Shown piece after piece: positions 49,141 to 59,047 of a DNA stretch of 64,000 nucleotides. Within the stretch, counting starts at the first letter, position 1; each line of letters starts with the position of its first letter. The notes under the pieces are model-generated. The model was not told where the DNA came from. It did no database searches and worked only from the letters and a program-made list of their open reading frames with translations. Source of the DNA: a virus (Duplodnaviria; Heunggongvirae; Uroviricota; Caudoviricetes); IMG/VR virus record IMGVR_UViG_3300042275_000481, positions 38,172-102,171 of that record. One strand, written 5' to 3'. A program made the translations under genes and the position numbers.

Positions 49141-51063
49141 TTAATAGTATAAATAATCCATTAGACTTTCTTCATCTTTTTCATACGTTTTTAAGTTTAT
49201 GAATTGCTCAGGTAGTCTTTCAAATGCTAATGCTTTTGCGATTGGACCATTCAATACTGTATTCGATACTCTTAGTATCTCATAATTATTTAATCTCTTC
49301 TTAGAGAAATCTAATTTGTTTCCTGTCTCTTTGTCCACGATTAATACAGAACTAATCATTTCAGCATGAACTGACATAATATCTAGTCCATTTTCTAAGA
49401 TAAGATCATCAAAGTTATTTACTAATTCATCATAGTTTTTGACATCAAGATGCCCACTAGATTCAATAAGGTCAAGAATTTGTTGCAATGATTTTGTTAG
49501 TTCATTGTTTTTAGCCATGAACGTAAATACAGCTTCATTATCGTCAAAATCGCTTCCTTTAAGTTTTATAACTTTAGTACTTTCTTCTTCCCCATCAAAA
49601 TCATATTCTTCGTCAAACTCATCTTTAATATTATTCATATTATAATATAATTTGACTTCTGGTGTCTTGTATGTAAAGACTTTCTTTCCTTGATGAATGA
49701 TTTCAATCTTTTCTGTATATTCACCAATTTCATCTTCATCTTGGTCTTCGATAGGAACTTTGTAAACAAGTACATCCGTATCTGGGTCTTTGATGAAAAT
49801 AGAATTCATATTGATTGAGAAATAGTCTAAGAATGGTTTCTTATCGTTGTAATTCCAATCAATTTTTTCTGAATTTGTGGTCAATAAATGTTTTGCGGAA
49901 AGCAATTTCTGTGTAAGTGGATTTGTTAGAAGTAATACAGATAATAATCCAGTATTTAAATCCTCATTGATTTCAGATAATTCTGAACCATAACAAGTTC
50001 TACAAACATGTCCTTCAGCCGCACATGTAACTGGCGAGCGCAGACCAATAATTTTTCCAATCAAATCTTTATTCTTGTTGGAATCTACTGTTAACAATTC
50101 GGACTCTTTCTTTCCATCTTTGTCAATAATGTAGTAATGTCTTCCATGGATTTGATCTAATTTCTTCTGAGTTTCTATATTATATTTAATATAATGCTCA
50201 GTTCCGCAGTCAACATGACTATGGTCATGATAACGGTCAATTAATGCTAATGATAATTTTCTTGTAAGATAGCCAGATTTTCTTACTTGTCTAGCGTTTG
50301 TTATGAGCGCCTTTCTTGTACCTTTTGCATTAATGAAATAGTTTTGAATAGTCTTTAAACCATTTAGATAATTCTCATCAATAGCATGGGGTATAATACT
50401 GCCATCAATATCAGGTTTCAGACCAATGAACCCAATTGCTTGTGTAAGCTGTTTCTTGTTAATTCCTGTATCCGCAGTCATAAATGGATAAAGTTCTGTC
50501 TCTGGACGGTCTAAGAAGAATTTCTCTATCTCATGTCCAAGTTTACTAAACTCATCTTCAATATCATTAAACTGCATTCTATCTTCTAACTTGTAGTTGA
50601 ATATTGCTTCTGCTTCTGGATCTTCCACATATAAGCGAACAAAGTCATGGAATGATATACTATTTCCAGCAAGTACATTTAACTCACCAGATAAGTCTGA
50701 CATTTCATTAATTGTTTCAGCTATAGTTTTTCGAAGATTATCAAAGTCAACTACAGTCTTTCCTTTGGCGATTATACTATTAAAATATTCATTAAGATTG
50801 TCCGCTGTGACAGATGCGAATCCGAAGATAAAATCTTCAGTCAAGACGACATCTTTTTCAACAAACGGTTTCATAATAAGTAAATTAATCAGCACTCTAC
50901 CAAGTGTTGCGTCAATAATCTGAGCTCCAATTTGTATCTTTGCAGGATTCTTTCTGGCGCTATAATCTTGCAAAATCAAATTCTTCAGATCGTTCTTCGT
51001 GTACTCATATTCTTCGTATTTACTGAAGATATTCGTGAAATTAAATAGTCTTTCTGAGCTCAT
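49141..51063 (-). CDS. multisubunit RNA polymerase beta'-like subunit, C-terminal-half fragment
   Basis: GTRKALITNARQVRKSGYLTRKL matches rpoC ...G.RKGL.DTALKTA.SGYLTRRL. RSPVTCAAEGHVCRTCYG matches the beta' ...C....GVC..CYG region. Followed by an ...LLTNPLTQKLL... segment aligned to the trigger-loop region. Confidence 0.6.
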   Translation of the reverse strand: MSSERLFNFTNIFSKYEEYEYTKNDLKNLILQDYSARKNPAKIQIGAQIIDATLGRVLINLLIMKPFVEKDVVLTEDFIFGFASVTADNLNEYFNSIIAKGKTVVDFDNLRKTIAETINEMSDLSGELNVLAGNSISFHDFVRLYVEDPEAEAIFNYKLEDRMQFNDIEDEFSKLGHEIEKFFLDRPETELYPFMTADTGINKKQLTQAIGFIGLKPDIDGSIIPHAIDENYLNGLKTIQNYFINAKGTRKALITNARQVRKSGYLTRKLSLALIDRYHDHSHVDCGTEHYIKYNIETQKKLDQIHGRHYYIIDKDGKKESELLTVDSNKNKDLIGKIIGLRSPVTCAAEGHVCRTCYGSELSEINEDLNTGLLSVLLLTNPLTQKLLSAKHLLTTNSEKIDWNYNDKKPFLDYFSINMNSIFIKDPDTDVLVYKVPIEDQDEDEIGEYTEKIEIIHQGKKVFTYKTPEVKLYYNMNNIKDEFDEEYDFDGEEESTKVIKLKGSDFDDNEAVFTFMAKNNELTKSLQQILDLIESSGHLDVKNYDELVNNFDDLILENGLDIMSVHAEMISSVLIVDKETGNKLDFSKKRLNNYEILRVSNTVLNGPIAKALAFERLPEQFINLKTYEKDEESLMDYLYY

Positions 51064-51201
51064 ACATACCTCCTATGAAGCTTAAATTCTCATGGTGCTT
51101 CAAGTATATAATATATTTTTATATTAATTTTAAACGTTTAAATTTTTTTGACTATGATAAATAAGGACTAACTTTTGTTAGTCCTTTTAATTAAAATAAT
51201 A

Positions 51202-54045
51202 TTATTTACTTTCTTTTAAGTTAACTAATTCTTGTGATTTTGCTTTTGCAGCCTCACCATATCTATCATGAAGCTGTTCTTGTAGTTTCTTAGCAAGAAT
51301 AGTTGTTCTTACAAGTTCTTCATAAAGAGGATCTTGCGATTCACGAGCGATAAGAAGAGACATTTGATTTTCCAATTTGTTTCTCTTTTCATCAGCAGTT
51401 AATACAACTTTACTATCTTTAGAGAAATAATCTGCTTCTAATAGGAAAGCTTCTTTAATAGATTTATAACCTTCAGTTACATCTTCAGGTTGAGCTTTTT
51501 CATCTTCTTTTTCATCAGCAGGATCTTCTAATTCACCATCATTATTGATAGTGTCAGATCCAGCATCATTAAGTTCTTCAGTTGATTTAGGTTCTTTTTC
51601 TTCGGCTTCTTCAATGATTTCAGCACGAACTTTTTTACCTTCTTCGTCAGCAGCATCATGAGGTTTAACAGAAACTTCATCATTTTTAACTTCTGGTTCA
51701 ACTTCGCAATCAGAGTCTTTCTTAGTTTTTTCTTTTTCCTCAGCTGGATTTAGAACTTCTTCTTCATTAACAACAGAATCTTCAGATTCTTCCTTTTCAT
51801 CATCATCTGATTCTTCATCATGATCTTCATCTTTAGAATCGTCTTCTAATTTTTCAGGAACTTTGTCTTCGTCATCTTTGTCGCCTTTAGTATTCTTTTC
51901 AAGTTCTTCTGGAAGTTCTTTCTTTTCTTCAGCTTCTACAACAACTTCTTTAACTTCTTCAACTTCTTTATGTTCATCACTTGGATAAACATCAGCATTG
52001 TCATCTTTAGGAGCGTCTGCAGAACCATCATTTTCTTTAGTAGCTTCATTGTCAGAATGAGCAGCATCACCTTTAGATGTTACTTCTTCAACAACAACTT
52101 CTTCTACATCATCTTCTTGCTTATGTTCATCAGCATAAAGATCTTCATTATCTACTTGGTCAGCATTTTCAGGATCATCTTTACCTTTAACTGCATCTTT
52201 TGTAGGATTATTAACTACATCAATAGCAGCAATTCCAGCTGTAGACATTTCTTTAAGAACAGCGTCAAGAACTTCTAAAGCTTCTTGTAATCTTGCAGCG
52301 TCAGATTCAGTAATTTGTTCTGATGGATTAGAAACAGGAAGTTCGATTTCGATTTTTTCTTTATATACTTTAAGATCCGCTTCGCTATCAGCAGGAACTT
52401 CAAAGTCTTCATTTAATTTTTTACCAGTAAATACACCATAAACTTCTTTTAGAGCTTCAGTAACGATTTCTTGTTCTTTATCACTAAGTTCTTTAGCAAA
52501 TTTTTCGTTTTCTCTAATTGGAAGTGTGATAAATACTGCATTTTCAGAAACTTGAATAGCGTCTTCAACGACTACTTCTTCAACTTCTTCAACTTCTTTA
52601 TGTTCATCAGCTGGGAAGACATCTTCATTATCATCTTTAGGTTCTTCTGATTCTGGTTTTCCTTCATCAGTAGCTTCATTATCTGTCTTAGCAACTTCAC
52701 CTTTAGATGTAACTTCTTCTTCAATAAGTTCTTTTTGAACTTTCTCAGGGTCAACTTCATCTGGTTGTGTTACTAATTCACCTTTAGAGTCTAATGTATC
52801 AGACTTAACATCATTAAGTTTATCTGCTTTTCCAGCATTTTCAACTTCTTTATTTGCTTTATCTAATTGCTCACCTTCTACAACAACTTCTTCGACTTCT
52901 TCTTTTTCCTCATGTTCATCTTTTGGATAAACATCTTCGTTATCGTCTTTAGGCTCTTCTGAAGTTCCTTCACCGTCTTTAGTAGCTTCAGGTTTAGCTG
53001 CTGCATCACCTTTATCAGTTACTTCTTCAACGACTACTTCTTCGACTTCTTCTGCTTCTTTATGTTCATCACTTGGATAAACATCTTCGTTATCGTCTTT
53101 AGGTTGTTCAGATTTTCCATCTTCTTCTTTAGTTGCTTCGTTATCTGTCTTAGCAACTTCACCTTTAGATGTAACTTCTTCTACAACAACTTCTTCGACT
53201 TCTTCGTCTTCATTATGTTCTTCTTTTGAATAAACATCTTCATTATCTGTATCTGGTTCTTTAGTTTCTGCGTCAGCGTCATCAGTAGCTACAGGTTCAG
53301 CTGCTGCATCACCTTTGTCAGTCACTTCTTCTTCACGTAGAGGTTTCATATCCCTAAGGATATCAAAGATACTTTCTAATGATTCGTTTACGCTTTCGAT
53401 GTTTTCATCTTTAGTTAGCGCTTTTTTATCTTGTTTGATAGTATCATCTCCTTCTTTATCTTTTGTATCATTAACATCTTTATCATTTGCTTGAACTTCT
53501 GGTTCTAATTCTTTTTCTTCAGCATCGATCTCATCATTTTCAGGAGATTCTACTTCTGCATTGACCTTTTGTCCACTAACTCTAGCACTTTCTGGTCCGT
53601 TATTTTGCATAGCTAGACGTTTTTGTTTCATCATTTCTGCATTTGCATTAGTTTCCCTAGCTTTTGCATTAGTTTCTTGAGGTGTATCAGCTTCTAATAA
53701 AACGTCAGCTTTAACAAATTTAGTATTAGGGTCATTAAGCTCTTTTAAGAATTTTGCACGTTCTTCAACAGCAAGTTCTCTCATAGAACTTACACCATAC
53801 TTCTCAAGAAGAAGATTCATTTTTTCTTTAGCAGAAAGGTCCTTGCTTTCAACAATTACTTCTTTTACTTCCTCAACTGCACTATGAGAATCCTTAGTGT
53901 ATACATCGGAATTTTTTAATTCTGGGTTACTTAATTCTGGGTTTGCCTTCTTAGTTGCTTTAGTTTCTAATTCTTCTAGAAGATTATCCAAAGCATTTTG
54001 TGTTTTTCCCTCATTAAGAAGACTACGTAGTTTATTTTTATCCAT
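51202..54045 (-). CDS. giant acidic tandem-repeat protein (947 aa)
   Basis: At least 5 tandem copies of a ~50-aa unit EEVTSKG(D/E)xAKTDNEATxE...PKDDNEDVYPSDEHKEVEEVEEVVVE. N-terminus is paralogous to 43420-44715 (VYTKDSHSAVEEVKEVIVES vs IYTKDSHKEVEEIKEVIVES). Confidence 0.55.
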   Translation of the reverse strand: MDKNKLRSLLNEGKTQNALDNLLEELETKATKKANPELSNPELKNSDVYTKDSHSAVEEVKEVIVESKDLSAKEKMNLLLEKYGVSSMRELAVEERAKFLKELNDPNTKFVKADVLLEADTPQETNAKARETNANAEMMKQKRLAMQNNGPESARVSGQKVNAEVESPENDEIDAEEKELEPEVQANDKDVNDTKDKEGDDTIKQDKKALTKDENIESVNESLESIFDILRDMKPLREEEVTDKGDAAAEPVATDDADAETKEPDTDNEDVYSKEEHNEDEEVEEVVVEEVTSKGEVAKTDNEATKEEDGKSEQPKDDNEDVYPSDEHKEAEEVEEVVVEEVTDKGDAAAKPEATKDGEGTSEEPKDDNEDVYPKDEHEEKEEVEEVVVEGEQLDKANKEVENAGKADKLNDVKSDTLDSKGELVTQPDEVDPEKVQKELIEEEVTSKGEVAKTDNEATDEGKPESEEPKDDNEDVFPADEHKEVEEVEEVVVEDAIQVSENAVFITLPIRENEKFAKELSDKEQEIVTEALKEVYGVFTGKKLNEDFEVPADSEADLKVYKEKIEIELPVSNPSEQITESDAARLQEALEVLDAVLKEMSTAGIAAIDVVNNPTKDAVKGKDDPENADQVDNEDLYADEHKQEDDVEEVVVEEVTSKGDAAHSDNEATKENDGSADAPKDDNADVYPSDEHKEVEEVKEVVVEAEEKKELPEELEKNTKGDKDDEDKVPEKLEDDSKDEDHDEESDDDEKEESEDSVVNEEEVLNPAEEKEKTKKDSDCEVEPEVKNDEVSVKPHDAADEEGKKVRAEIIEEAEEKEPKSTEELNDAGSDTINNDGELEDPADEKEDEKAQPEDVTEGYKSIKEAFLLEADYFSKDSKVVLTADEKRNKLENQMSLLIARESQDPLYEELVRTTILAKKLQEQLHDRYGEAAKAKSQELVNLKESK
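51930..53340. repeat. imperfect tandem DNA repeats (~150-bp units) inside 51202-54045
   Basis: Recurrent blocks such as ttcttcaacttctttatgttcatc...tggataaacatcttc(g/a)ttatc(g/a)tctttagg at ~51950, ~52580, ~52880, ~53040, ~53200. Confidence 0.6.
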
Positions 54046-54138
54046 AGTAGAATTCCTCCTTTTTTATTCATAATTCATCTATATAATTTATTGTTTAATT
54101 AAATAAGGTGCAAATTCTAAATTTTTAAAATTTTTATC

Positions 54139-54390
54139 TTATTCTAATATGATTTTCTTGATATTGCTTGTTAATTGAACTTCATGACAATATAGTTTAG
54201 AAGCATTTTGGATATGTCCTGTGCCCTGAGCTATAACAACATTTTCATTTTTGTATAGAATTGTTAACGAAGCCAATGGTGTTATAATATGACTAGAAAG
54301 AGTAGTGCTATCTGGAGCATGTAGGACTTTATAATAGTCTATTTGATTTTCGCATTCTAATTCGTAATATTTATCTGCAAATAAATCCAT
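54139..54390 (-). CDS. hypothetical protein
   Basis: 83-aa ORF. Confidence 0.35.
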   Translation of the reverse strand: MDLFADKYYELECENQIDYYKVLHAPDSTTLSSHIITPLASLTILYKNENVVIAQGTGHIQNASKLYCHEVQLTSNIKKIILE

Positions 54391-54402
54391 GATATCACTC
54401 CC

Positions 54403-55194
54403 TTAATTTATAATTATATATCCATTATTTTCTGTTGCAAAAGATATTTGAAAATTGACAAACTTATCTCCCTCTGCAATAGACAGAAATTTTAGTGTGC
54501 GTATATTTCCTAATTCTTCCTTTACAACAACTTCTTCATTATTTAATAATGCAACTGTTATTGTATCCGAACCCTCAATTTTAAAGTATGTTTTTTTATA
54601 AAATTGAAAATTAGAAGTTTCAGAGTATAAGTTAGTCCAATCAGTTAAATCTGTAATATAGTATCCGTAATCATCTAATGGCAAATCATAATCGAATTCA
54701 GAATTGAAATGATATTCACCATTAATTATAAATTGTAATTTGTTCTTAGTCCACATTACATTGTCGCTATTTTTGTCATAAACTGTAAGAACTCTCTTAT
54801 TGATTGGATTGACAGTTTCATCATATCCAGATAGTTGTTCGTAACCATTTGGGTCAATATCTTCATAAATGTCAGAATCTTGGTCAAATAAATCAACAAA
54901 TTCGATATAATTAATTCCTCTAATAACAGCAATTATTCCATCATTAGTAATTAATGTATTTTCATCAGTTGAGCCAGATATTCCTGATACTTCCCTATTA
55001 TAGATATAAAAAGCATGATTATTATAGTCAGCTGGCAGAGTTCTTAAACTCCAATCAGAAATCTCATAATGAATTCCATTTAGTAATAAGCCATTATTTG
55101 CACCATTATTATTTCGTTTCAGTTCAAGCACATCTGTTGGTTGGTCTATCATTGGGCTACTATTATTAATAGTATTTATAATATATCTTTTCAT
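54403..55194 (-). CDS. hypothetical protein
   Basis: 263-aa ORF. Confidence 0.4.
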   Translation of the reverse strand: MKRYIINTINNSSPMIDQPTDVLELKRNNNGANNGLLLNGIHYEISDWSLRTLPADYNNHAFYIYNREVSGISGSTDENTLITNDGIIAVIRGINYIEFVDLFDQDSDIYEDIDPNGYEQLSGYDETVNPINKRVLTVYDKNSDNVMWTKNKLQFIINGEYHFNSEFDYDLPLDDYGYYITDLTDWTNLYSETSNFQFYKKTYFKIEGSDTITVALLNNEEVVVKEELGNIRTLKFLSIAEGDKFVNFQISFATENNGYIIIN

Positions 55195-55586
55195 TAGAAC
55201 GCCACCCCAATCACTAAATCTATATCCTTACTACAAGTTATTTCAATTGGGTCATCTTGTATTGCAATCAAAATATATCCCTCTTTATATGGAAATACTG
55301 TATACTCATCTGAATTGCCATTGATTGTAATTGCTCCATCACCAGATGATTCGTCCATAAGAATTAAAAACATTCCACGATAAAACGGAGTGACTATATT
55401 AGTATTGGCGATGATATTATATCTATAAAAAAATAAATCTTTGAAAACGCCATTAACAGGCACTATATCATTGTCATGATAGTATTTCTCTACCATATCA
55501 AATACACTAAAATCTGGTGCAAGTTTAATAAAATAGTCCTGCAGATTTTTGTTTATACTCTTCATAATATCACTCCTTTGACTCAT
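55194..55586 (-). CDS. hypothetical protein
   Basis: 130-aa ORF overlapping the downstream start by 1 nt. Confidence 0.4.
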   Translation of the reverse strand: MSQRSDIMKSINKNLQDYFIKLAPDFSVFDMVEKYYHDNDIVPVNGVFKDLFFYRYNIIANTNIVTPFYRGMFLILMDESSGDGAITINGNSDEYTVFPYKEGYILIAIQDDPIEITCSKDIDLVIGVAF

Positions 55587-55637
55587 ATAATTAATTGTTC
55601 AACTTTACCACTTTTTAAGAATCAAAAAAAAGGATAC

Positions 55638-56063
55638 TTAATATCCTTTTAATTCATCTCGTACTTTCATTATTGTTTTTCCAAGCATGTTCAAGCCATT
55701 TCCATCACAGACTCCCCAAAATTTATCTCCCCAAGTGTTGCCTTCTATTAAAACAGCATCACCAGTATCGAGAAGCATATCTTGTAAATCTGGCTCTGAG
55801 AATTTTGCTCTTATCACATGTTCCATCACTTCAACCTTGATTTCTTCCCAGTCTTCCCTTAACTTTACTTGTCTTCCTAATCTTTTTGCTTCATTAGGTG
55901 GAAGATTCTGGAATTGACTTTTTATTGAAAGGTCAAATGTTTTCTGTGCATGGAATGCAGCTTCTGCATTTTGATAAGTTCTACCATATAAAGTTAGTTC
56001 ATGAGGGTAAAAATTACTTAGAAAGTAATAGCCGCCCTTGAACTCTGCAATTTTATTGTTCAT
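55638..56063 (-). CDS. NADAR-domain protein (YbiA/DUF1768 family)
   Basis: GGYYFLSNFYP...YQNAEAAFHAQK...WGDKFWGVCDGNGLNMLGKTIM matches the NADAR signature. 141 aa. Confidence 0.7.
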   Translation of the reverse strand: MNNKIAEFKGGYYFLSNFYPHELTLYGRTYQNAEAAFHAQKTFDLSIKSQFQNLPPNEAKRLGRQVKLREDWEEIKVEVMEHVIRAKFSEPDLQDMLLDTGDAVLIEGNTWGDKFWGVCDGNGLNMLGKTIMKVRDELKGY

Positions 56064-56736
56064 AATAATTATAAACAGCGCCTTTACCTTTAATCAGTAC
56101 ATCTAAAATATCAGGCATTTCATTGTATCCAAATTTTGGAATTAGAAACTCCTTACCTTCTATATCTAGATTTTCTGCAAAGTCTGCAATATTCTTAATT
56201 TCATCATCTACAAAGATATTCCAATCTATATTCAATTTCTTGATATAATCTGATTTCTTTTCATGCAAAGGAACTGCAATCAATTCAATCTTAGAGTGAT
56301 TGAAGTACTTTTTAATGAATTTCTTTTTAGATTTTAGCATTTCTTCATCCACATATCGTGTCAAGATATAAACCTTTTTAACACGAATATGCTCCATGAA
56401 AGCCTTATTCATAAGAGTCTTCTTGGCAAAATCTGTTGGCTCCATGTTGGCGTACAAATCTGTTGAGAAGTAATCTTTTCGAATCATTTGATGTATAAAT
56501 TCTTTAATTGACAGTAGATTCTCCAGATTTTTGTACTCATCTTTAAGCAACCAGTCAGTAAGTTTGAATGTTGGTCGATTAAGCACGTCTTTATCTTTCA
56601 ATGGCCCAAGGTCGTTAAAGAATCTATTATATCTTAGCCAATTTTCTCGAATTGCTCTGTATTGGCCTGGACTAATATTTACTAGAACTTCGTCCATATC
56701 TATGATAAAGTTTCCAGATAGATTGCTTACATTCAT
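56053..56736 (-). CDS. HAD-superfamily 5'(3')-deoxyribonucleotidase-like phosphatase
   Basis: Motif I FIIDMDEVLV (DxDxV). Length and C-terminal Asp cluster (IFVDDE) are consistent with HAD nucleotidases. Confidence 0.5.
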   Translation of the reverse strand: MNVSNLSGNFIIDMDEVLVNISPGQYRAIRENWLRYNRFFNDLGPLKDKDVLNRPTFKLTDWLLKDEYKNLENLLSIKEFIHQMIRKDYFSTDLYANMEPTDFAKKTLMNKAFMEHIRVKKVYILTRYVDEEMLKSKKKFIKKYFNHSKIELIAVPLHEKKSDYIKKLNIDWNIFVDDEIKNIADFAENLDIEGKEFLIPKFGYNEMPDILDVLIKGKGAVYNYYEQ

Positions 56737-56747
56737 GGTGTTCCTCC

Positions 56748-57671
56748 TTAGTTTTCGTTAAGTTTTAATAATACTAATAAATCCATATAATCTTTAAATC
56801 TTGCATATTTGACCAACTCGTCAAACAATGCGTTTTTCAAGAATAAATCTGAGTTCTCAATAAGGAAATCTTCTGTAAGATAATCCTTCATATTTAGAAT
56901 ATAACCCAATAAGTCATAAGTGAATGCTGCTGGATTGTTTGTTCTTAATATGTCAAATAGATAACCAATTTGATTTTCAGAAATTCTGTTTATGAAGTTT
57001 TTAAGCTCCACATTGAAAGTTTCGTTTGTTGGTTCATATTTAAATGAAGAATCTTTAAGCACTTTTTCAATGAAGAAAATATTCTTGACATTTGTAAGCG
57101 CTGAAAGAACGAATCTTACAGTTAATACTTTGTTTGCAAAGATTTTTTCAATTAAATCTTCTGACCATTCAATATTTAAGTTTCTATTCTTAAATACATC
57201 AGCTGTTAAATACTCCACATTGTCAAGCAAGAATTGTTCATCTTCAATAAGTTTTGAGTTATTGATGATTTGAACTCTTGTGTCGTATGGAATAGTGTCT
57301 TTGAAATTTTCGAATATTTCTTTGCTAACTCTCATTGGATTTGTATTCTTGATCGCCTCATCAACTTTGTCTCCAAGAGAATTAATAAATACTGGAACTA
57401 AGAGCGGGTCTAATGATTTTTCTTGACTTTCAATCCAAAAATTCAAGTCAAAATACTCATCTTCATACATAGATATAAGTTCAAAACTCAACTCTGGTGA
57501 TGTAGAAAACGCCTCCTTTGTTAAGTATCTTCCAAATTCTTGTACGAATTCCATTGTTAGTTTATATTTTTTACACTGCATATTGATAAGATTTTCTTTG
57601 TCTTCATATGCATTTAGTATAAGTTTAATCGCTTTAATATCTGATTCTTTAACTTCTCGTATTTTAATCAT
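56748..57671 (-). CDS. hypothetical protein
   Basis: 307-aa ORF. Confidence 0.4.
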   Translation of the reverse strand: MIKIREVKESDIKAIKLILNAYEDKENLINMQCKKYKLTMEFVQEFGRYLTKEAFSTSPELSFELISMYEDEYFDLNFWIESQEKSLDPLLVPVFINSLGDKVDEAIKNTNPMRVSKEIFENFKDTIPYDTRVQIINNSKLIEDEQFLLDNVEYLTADVFKNRNLNIEWSEDLIEKIFANKVLTVRFVLSALTNVKNIFFIEKVLKDSSFKYEPTNETFNVELKNFINRISENQIGYLFDILRTNNPAAFTYDLLGYILNMKDYLTEDFLIENSDLFLKNALFDELVKYARFKDYMDLLVLLKLNEN

Positions 57672-57684
57672 ATATTTCTCCCTT

Positions 57685-57981
57685 CTAATTTCTTAATCGT
57701 ATAAATAGTTTTAATTCATCTGATAGTCCGCCAGGAAGTATTCTATGAAGTAATGTAGGAACAACTTCACGGAGTTCTAACTCAGTTTCAAATAACACGT
57801 CTTTATGAAATCCTCTTCCCTCAGAGTCTATTCCAGTTAAATAAACTATACGGACATGTGTATATACTGATTTATTTACAAAATTCATCAATTTAAATGT
57901 CTCATCCATATCTTCCTCAGAGTTCATTATATCGACTATCATTGATAAAGGAATTGTTATATTTCCTACTTTTCGTTCCAT
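57685..57981 (-). CDS. hypothetical protein
   Basis: 98-aa ORF. Confidence 0.35.
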   Translation of the reverse strand: MERKVGNITIPLSMIVDIMNSEEDMDETFKLMNFVNKSVYTHVRIVYLTGIDSEGRGFHKDVLFETELELREVVPTLLHRILPGGLSDELKLFIRLRN

Positions 57982-57983
57982 GC

Positions 57984-58328
57984 TTATAGGGCACCTCCTT
58001 CTTTCTCATCATACTTCATTTTTTTCTTAATACGCTTTTCTTCTTTTACAATAGATTTAGGAAAGTTATAAACAGTTACAAGCACTATATCTTTTTCTGT
58101 CATAGAAAATATAAATACAAAGCTTCCGTAAACTTTGACAATTTGGTTTTTTCCCTTATAACGTTCAAAATACTTTTTACCTTTTTCACTATTGAAATCA
58201 TCTATTTCCATTCCAAAAATAAATGCTTTCTCTGCAAAACGTCTCAGCTTTCCTATTGTTATTCTTTTACCTGTTTCTAGGATTCTTTCCTTACCACGTT
58301 GTAATGCGTGGTCACTAACAACAATCAT
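57984..58328 (-). CDS. hypothetical protein
   Basis: 114-aa ORF overlapping the upstream radical-SAM gene stop. Confidence 0.35.
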   Translation of the reverse strand: MIVVSDHALQRGKERILETGKRITIGKLRRFAEKAFIFGMEIDDFNSEKGKKYFERYKGKNQIVKVYGSFVFIFSMTEKDIVLVTVYNFPKSIVKEEKRIKKKMKYDEKEGGAL

Positions 58329-59047
58329 TGTACATCTTTTCCTTCTTTATCTTCCCAATGACTGTATACTTTTCCGTCAGCTCTGAAAATTTCATATCTT
58401 CCGTGGCTGTCTTGACAACTTGCATCTAGTCTTACACTAACTTTCTTATTGCCATTGAATTTATCAACGATTGCATATATATTGGAAAGATCTTTCATTT
58501 CATTTGCATCAATCCATTTATTCGTATCTTCATCTTCTGTTGTTTGAAGAACTTTAAACGTGATTTGTTCAAACCCCATTGGACTGAAATTCTTTGCTGT
58601 AAGGAAATCAAATTCGTTAGTTAATAGAATGACTAATCGATTTTTTGCATTTGGAAGTCTTCTCAAACTCCATGCTTGAAGATATTCCTTACTATTTGTA
58701 ATACTGTATGCTAATACAGACAATTCGTGAAAATCATAATTCTTGACGCTGTAATTCTTTGTTTGTAATTCAGTATGATAACCCTTTAAGGTTTCCAATA
58801 CATCACTTAACCAATGACTATTTAAAGTCGGATCGGATGCTCCTGTAATCACAAAATCTTTATATTTACCAGATTCAGTTAATGCTTTTAATTTATTCAG
58901 ATACTCCTCCCGATTCTCTGAATACATATCTGGAAATCTTTTTCTTCCACTTGCGATGCACATTGGGCACTTAAATGGACATGGTTCATAAGGCATGCTT
59001 ACTTGTAAGTTCATGATAAACCTCCTCTTTCTATTGCAGTAATGCAA
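58325..59047 (-). CDS. radical SAM domain protein
   Basis: N-terminal CPFKCPMC (C-x3-C-x2-C) cluster. Downstream Gly-rich VITGASDPTLN segment (SAM-binding GGE-like). Confidence 0.5.
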   Translation of the reverse strand: MHYCNRKRRFIMNLQVSMPYEPCPFKCPMCIASGRKRFPDMYSENREEYLNKLKALTESGKYKDFVITGASDPTLNSHWLSDVLETLKGYHTELQTKNYSVKNYDFHELSVLAYSITNSKEYLQAWSLRRLPNAKNRLVILLTNEFDFLTAKNFSPMGFEQITFKVLQTTEDEDTNKWIDANEMKDLSNIYAIVDKFNGNKKVSVRLDASCQDSHGRYEIFRADGKVYSHWEDKEGKDVQ

